A DNA stretch of 63,496 nt, counting the filler, from Aduncisulcus paluster (taxonomy: Eukaryota), in NCBI GenBank assembly GCA_024181965.1. It is 39 parts of 39 records of this genome, joined end to end, with 100 filler letters (N's around TTAATTAATTAA, not from the genome) between each part and the next. Parts side by side here need not be neighbours in the genome. Positions count along the whole stretch, not along the records: positions 58,654 to 60,315 come from BQXS01004717.1; positions 60,416 to 62,249 come from BQXS01004727.1; positions 62,350 to 63,496 come from BQXS01004741.1; 36 more parts are not named here. One strand, written 5' to 3'. The notes beneath the pieces are model-generated. The model did not search any database and was not told the origin of the DNA. It saw only the letters and a list, made by a program, of their open reading frames with translations. This document shows, piece after piece, positions 58,654 to 63,496 of this stretch (positions are counted from its first letter, which is position 1; each line of letters begins with the position of its first letter). Made by a program: the position numbers and the translations under genes.

Positions 58654-59201
58654 CCTAAAAGTGATTGATAGTCTGTAAATTGATGTGGATATACTCCATA
58701 TTTAGTAAAACACTCTTCACTGCTTACGACTTTTTTCTTCATTGGGTCAAACATACATATATCATCATTTATAAGTTGATATAAATCTTTATCGTGACTA
58801 ACGATTCGTATTTGTAAACCATTTGCTACACCATCATGTGCCAATGAAGCGATGATATCATCAGCTTCATACCCTATTTCTGATGCTGTCATAAATCCCA
58901 TTTTCTCTATGAAGTCAATAGCAACTGGAAGTTGTGCTTTTAAATCTTCTGGCGCTTCAGGACGATGTGATTTATACTCCTCATAAATATTACTTCTAAA
59001 AGTTTTACCTTTACTATCAAGTGCAAAAACTAAATAATCTGTTTTAAAATCTCGCCCTATTCCACTTATAAAATTCATAAAACCTGTTAGCATTCCTGTA
59101 GGAAATCCAGTAGCTGATTTTAATGGTGGTAATGCATAATAACTTCTAAATAAAAATCCAAAAGTATCTATAATTGTAAGTGTTTTTTTTTGTTCTTCCA
59201 T
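58654..59201 (-). CDS. polA: DNA polymerase I 5'-3' exonuclease domain
   Basis: IDTFGFLFRSYYA, YKSHR, YEADDIIAS, DKDLYQL. Confidence 0.96.
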
Positions 59202-59244
59202 AGTGTATATATCCCTTTTTATAGNNNNNNNNNNNNNNNNNNNN

Positions 59245-60315
59245 TGTGTTGTACTTTTTTGATGAGTACCTGGTATGTTTGTATGTTCTTTTTGCTTTTC
59301 TAAACTTTTCATAAGTCTTTTCATATATTTAGCTTCTAGCATTTTTAATTTTGTAAGTTGTTGCATAATAAAAGTAAGGTCTTTTGATTTTGGTATGATG
59401 TACGGTGTGACTACAACTACTAAATTTATTTTGTCTTCAATGTCATAAGAGTTTTTAAAAAAAGCTCCAAAGTAAGGTATATCACCTAATAATGGTATTT
59501 TAGAATTTGTAGTTTCTACTTTATTTTTAACTAAACCACCCAAAATAATACTTTCACCATTGTTTACCATAACCGTAGTTATAACCTCTTTTTTATTTGT
59601 ATTTGGATTTCCTGTTTTTGCATCTGTTTCTTTTATATCCTCTAAAACAGTATGGAGTTCTAGCGTTATTTTGTTGTTATTTGATATTCTTGGTTTTACT
59701 ATAAGTTTTAGACCTATATCTTCTCTTTTAAAACTTGTTGTGGTTGTTGTACCTATTGTAGTCCCTGTAGGAATAGAGCGTGTTTCACCAACATAAATAG
59801 AACTCTCTTTGTTATTTAAGCATAAGATAGATGGCTCACTTACTATATCTAAAGCCTTATTTTGTTTCAATAAATTAATAGTTGCACCAAGAGATAATCC
59901 ACTTTGAATATTCTTTGGATTGTATCCATATACGCTGAGTTGTTCTAAGCTAAGTGCATTGTTTATTTGGTTATTATTTAAAGAAGAAGCAAAAGTCATA
60001 ATACCTGAACCAGTATTATCAAAACCATTTAAACCGTACTCGATACCAATATCTTGAATTTTTGATTCACTAATTTCGATTATTTTTGCTTGTACATAAA
60101 CTTGTTGTTTTGAGGTATCAAGTTCTTTGATCAGATTTAAAAATGGAATTATTTTTCTCTCTAATCCTTTTAATATAATTGCATTAGTATCTTTAAATTG
60201 TGCAATTTTAATGTTGTTTTTATCTTTACTCTTCAGCTCTAAACTTTGAAGAATTTCTAAAATATCACTAGCTTTTGTATTTTTTAAATATATTATTTCT
60301 ATATTATCAGATGGT
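59245..60315 (-). CDS. Type II secretion secretin (GspD-like), C-terminal part
   Basis: KQQVYVQAKIIE, SEPSILCLNNKES.I.VG, EDIGLKL.VKPRI, SKIPLLGDIP. Confidence 0.92.
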
Positions 60316-60759
60316 NNNNNNNNNNNNNNNNNNNNNNNNNNNNNNNNNNNNNNNNNNNNTTAATTAATTAANNNNNNNNNNNNNNNNNNNNNNNNNNNNN
60401 NNNNNNNNNNNNNNNCACCGAATTTGATAGTCCAGTCTTGCCAACGGGAAGTAAATTGAGTTTCCAAGGTTCGACGTGCGGGGTGGGAGCGGATTTCACC
60501 GCATGCGTCGACTCAGCCAAACACGGGTTCGTATTGCGTCAGGACGGCAATAGCAGCGGCTTTTAGTCAGGACAGGGGTCCTGGAGATTTTGACGGCGCG
60601 CCTGCGCCAGACGGTCAGCTGAAGCACCGCGCTGACGGCCGCCCCGTCTTCGCAACGCCCGACCCCCGGCGGTTGCCTCACGCCCGGGTGTCGGTTCGGC
60701 TACCGCTGTACGGTCGGCGGCGGTGGGTTTTCTATGATTCGGGCAATAAGGGGGAAGAA

Positions 60760-61431
60760 ATGCCCGATCCATCCGTAGGCGATGACGACGCAGGCGCGCA
60801 TGAGTCGCAGCCGGGCCGGGGTGCTGTGCGGTGGCAAGAGCCCGGTGTCACGAAGCCACGGCCGCCCACGGTCGCTGAGGCGCGAGCCAGAGACAAGGCG
60901 CGCCGGGCTCGTGAAGCCGAGCAGAGGCTGGCCGAGGTGCAGGCGGAGAAGGCCGAGGAACGCCGCCGGACTCGCAAGAACGTCCTGATGGGTTCCGCGG
61001 TCGTGGCCGGCATCGCGGCCGTGGTGGCCGTAGGTTATGCCGTGATCGACCGCGACNNNNNNNNNNNNNNNNNNNNNNNNNNNNNNNNNNNNNNNNNNNN
61101 NNNNNNCCGCGACGACGATGTCGAGGCCACCTGCGTACAACAGGGCTCCAACGTCGTAGCCCCCGAGGAGTACTGCGAGCGCGGCACCTCGTCGTCGGGC
61201 GGCATGTTCATCTATGCGGGGTCGGCGTACCAGTACTACTACGGTGGGCACAACCGTGGCATCGGCACGACCGCCACCGGTGGGAGTTTGGAGCTCCCGA
61301 GAGGTACCACCGCCAAGACCAGCTCGGGTACCCGAATCTCCAAATCCGATGGCTCGGGCAGTGTTTCACGATCACCATCGGTATCGCGCGGAGGCTTTGG
61401 GTCCAGCAGCTCGGGAAGTTCGGGGAGCTGA
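60760..61431 (+). CDS. Single-TM protein with a Cys pair and SRGGFG Gly/Ser tail (YgiB/DUF1190-like)
   Basis: TM helix, CVQ...YC, VSRGGFGSSS tail; overlaps the downstream GSP synthase start. Confidence 0.75.
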   Translation: MPDPSVGDDDAGAHESQPGRGAVRWQEPGVTKPRPPTVAEARARDKARRAREAEQRLAEVQAEKAEERRRTRKNVLMGSAVVAGIAAVVAVGYAVIDRDXXXXXXXXXXXXXXXXXRDDDVEATCVQQGSNVVAPEEYCERGTSSSGGMFIYAGSAYQYYYGGHNRGIGTTATGGSLELPRGTTAKTSSGTRISKSDGSGSVSRSPSVSRGGFGSSSSGSSGS

Positions 61432-62249
61432 TGCGCCGCGAGCATGCGAGGCCCCGCCCCGGCTGGGAGCAGACCGTTGCCTCCCAAGGAATGTGTTACG
61501 GCACACCGGCACGGATGGCCGACGGCAGCGATCGCCCGTACTGGGACGAGTCGGTCCACTACGTCTTCGATATGGACGAGGTGCTTTCCCTCGAAGCCAC
61601 CGTGGAGGTACTGCACTCCATGTGCCTGGAAGCCGTCGAGCAGGTGGTTCTGCTGGGCCGCTACCGCGATTTCGGTTTACCGGAATGGACGTGGGAACAC
61701 GTCGAAAAATCCTGGCGCAGAAACGATCCGCATCTATACGGTCGCTTTGATCTCCGATACGACGGACAGCGGCCTCCGGTTCTGCTGGAGTACAACGCCG
61801 ATACCCCCACCTCGTNNNNNNNNNNNNNNNNNNNNNNNNNCCTCGTTGTTGGAAGCGTCTATCTTGCAATGGTATTGGAAGACAGAGGTGTTTCCCGAGG
61901 ACGATCAATGGAACTCCCTGCATGAACAGCTGGTGGCGCGCTGGAAGCAGATCGGCGGCCAACTCCCCGGCACGGAAACACATTTCACCTGGTCGTCGGC
62001 GGATCAGACCGGCGAAGATCATGTGACCCTGGCCTATTTGCAGGAGTGCGCGGCCGAAGCCGGGCTCAACACCGTCGGCCTACCCATCGAGGAGATCGGC
62101 TGGGACCGCGACCTCAACCGCCTCGTCGATCTGGAAGAGGCGCCGATCGAGTCGATCTTCAAGCTCTATCCGTGGGAGTGGATGCTCGACGACGACTTCG
62201 GCCGCCATGCCGTGGATCTGCTGCCCGAGACTCTCTGGATCGAACCGCT
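61431..62249 (+). CDS. Glutathionylspermidine synthase-family ATP-grasp protein
   Basis: YWDES, LYGRFDL, LLEYNADTPTS, QWNSLHE, FKLYPWEW, WIEP. Confidence 0.93.
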
Positions 62250-62416
62250 NNNNNNNNNNNNNNNNNNNNNNNNNNNNNNNNNNNNNNNNNNNNTTAATTA
62301 ATTAANNNNNNNNNNNNNNNNNNNNNNNNNNNNNNNNNNNNNNNNNNNNGCGGCTGTCGGGCCCGCGCCGCGAGCTGATCGAGCCGGCGCGGCGAAGCAA
62401 CGTCTCTTCAATCTAG

Positions 62417-63496
62417 CTAGTCCGCTTCTCGCGGCACCTGGAGAGACGCCGGTGCCCGCGCGAACGGCACCAGCAGCAATCCTGCGATCGCCACGCAGGC
62501 GAGCATTGCCCATGCCTCGTTGACGGTGAGTGCGAGCGAGGCCCGTTCGATCAGCGGCCGGATGAACGCCACCGTCGCCTCGTCGGGCGGACCCAGCGGT
62601 CGGTTGATCAGCAACATCGGATCGAGCCCGATCGCCTGCGCCGCGTTGATATCGCCTGCCAGCAGGCGTGCACGAAAATCCTCGCCATAGATCGGGCTGC
62701 GCCCGTAGAGGATGGTGTCGATCAGGGCGATCCCGATCGCGCCGCCGAGATTTCGCATCAGGTTGAACAATCCGCTGGCGTCGGCAATTTCGTCCTCTGG
62801 CAGCGAACCCAGTGCAAACCGTGTCGGCGGCAGCAGGCAAAACATGATGGCGATGCCGCGCACGACCTGCGGCCAGACCATCTCGCCGAAATCGGCCGTA
62901 CGAGGCTGGAAGGCGCTGAGACCCAGACCGAACGCGAACAAGGCAAAGCCCGTCGCGGTCAACGCCAGCGCGCCGACGCGACTTTCGAGGAAGGCCGCCA
63001 GCGGCGCGGCGACGAGCTGCGCAGCTCCCGTGACCAGCATGGTGGTGCCGATCTCGAAGGCGTCATGGCGGCGGACGAAGCCGAGGAAGACCGGCATCAG
63101 ANNNNNNNNNNNNNNNNNNNNNNNNNNNNNNNNNNNNNNNNNNNNNNNNNNNNNNNNNNNNNNNNNNNNNNNNNNNNNNNNNNNNNNNNNNNNNNNNNNN
63201 NNNNNNNNNNNNNNNNNNNNNNNNNNNNNNNNNNNNNNNNNNNNAAGTCGATCCGTAGAGACCGACGCCGAGGCAAAAGCTCAGGCCGCAGCCGATCGCG
63301 AACGAACGCCGCCGGAACAAGGTCAATTGCGCGATCGGATCCGCCGCGCGGAGCGTGCGCCGGATCAGCAGCGCGATCCCGGCAACGCTTCCGATCAGCA
63401 GGCTGAGGCAGAGCATCGAGGCCCAGCCGCGCTGCGGCGCTTCCTTCAGCCCGATCATCAGGCTTGCGAGGGCCGCTGCGAGCAGGATCAGCGACG
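62417..63496 (-). CDS. DHA2 (EmrB/QacA) MFS efflux permease (Bradyrhizobium-like)
   Basis: ASGLFNLMRNLGGAIGIA and multiple TM helices. Confidence 0.9.

Noticed and set aside
58602-59999. Apparent secretin-DNA polymerase I fusion ORF
   Set aside because: The join crosses a 20-N gap that hides the secretin stop; polA has its own start at 59201
1235-62305. Regularly recurring TTAATTAATTAA as a CRISPR or biological repeat
   Set aside because: Always embedded in fixed N-runs between unrelated fragments; it is an artificial linker and explains ORFs ending in X..LIN

Overview
This window is not one locus. It is about 39 short, unrelated scaffold fragments (about 1-4 kb each) joined by an artificial 100-nt linker (N-run + TTAATTAATTAA + N-run, stops in all six frames), with further internal N gaps. 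Gene neighbourhoods therefore hold only within a fragment. Inferred sources: AT-rich Campylobacterota (Arcobacter/Sulfurimonas-like: gltB, lpxA-fabZ, leuB, MutS-like, rpsI-rplM, pgi-galU, atpB, nusA-prfA-rpsT-queH, polA, secretin, RTX protein), GC-rich mycobacteria (pyc, pssA, pnp, ectCD, argBD, mbtD-like PKS, NRPS, formamidase), Bradyrhizobium-like Alphaproteobacteria, a Rhodobacteraceae 16S rRNA, Bacteroidota (IS1380, glycoside hydrolase), a Desulfobacterota-like sensor/Fic fragment, and a microbial eukaryote (Ty3/gypsy retrotransposons, amino-acid permease, tandem paralogue family). This mix suggests a xenic protist culture or metagenome. The standout is at 19290-19621: a bacterial gene encoding a signal peptide, a near-canonical eukaryotic ubiquitin domain (63/74 identical to human ubiquitin by hand alignment, no diglycine) and the start of a cadherin/Ig-like module. 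It is transcribed divergently from an adhesin-like lipoprotein, and the two genes share a mirror-image promoter architecture.
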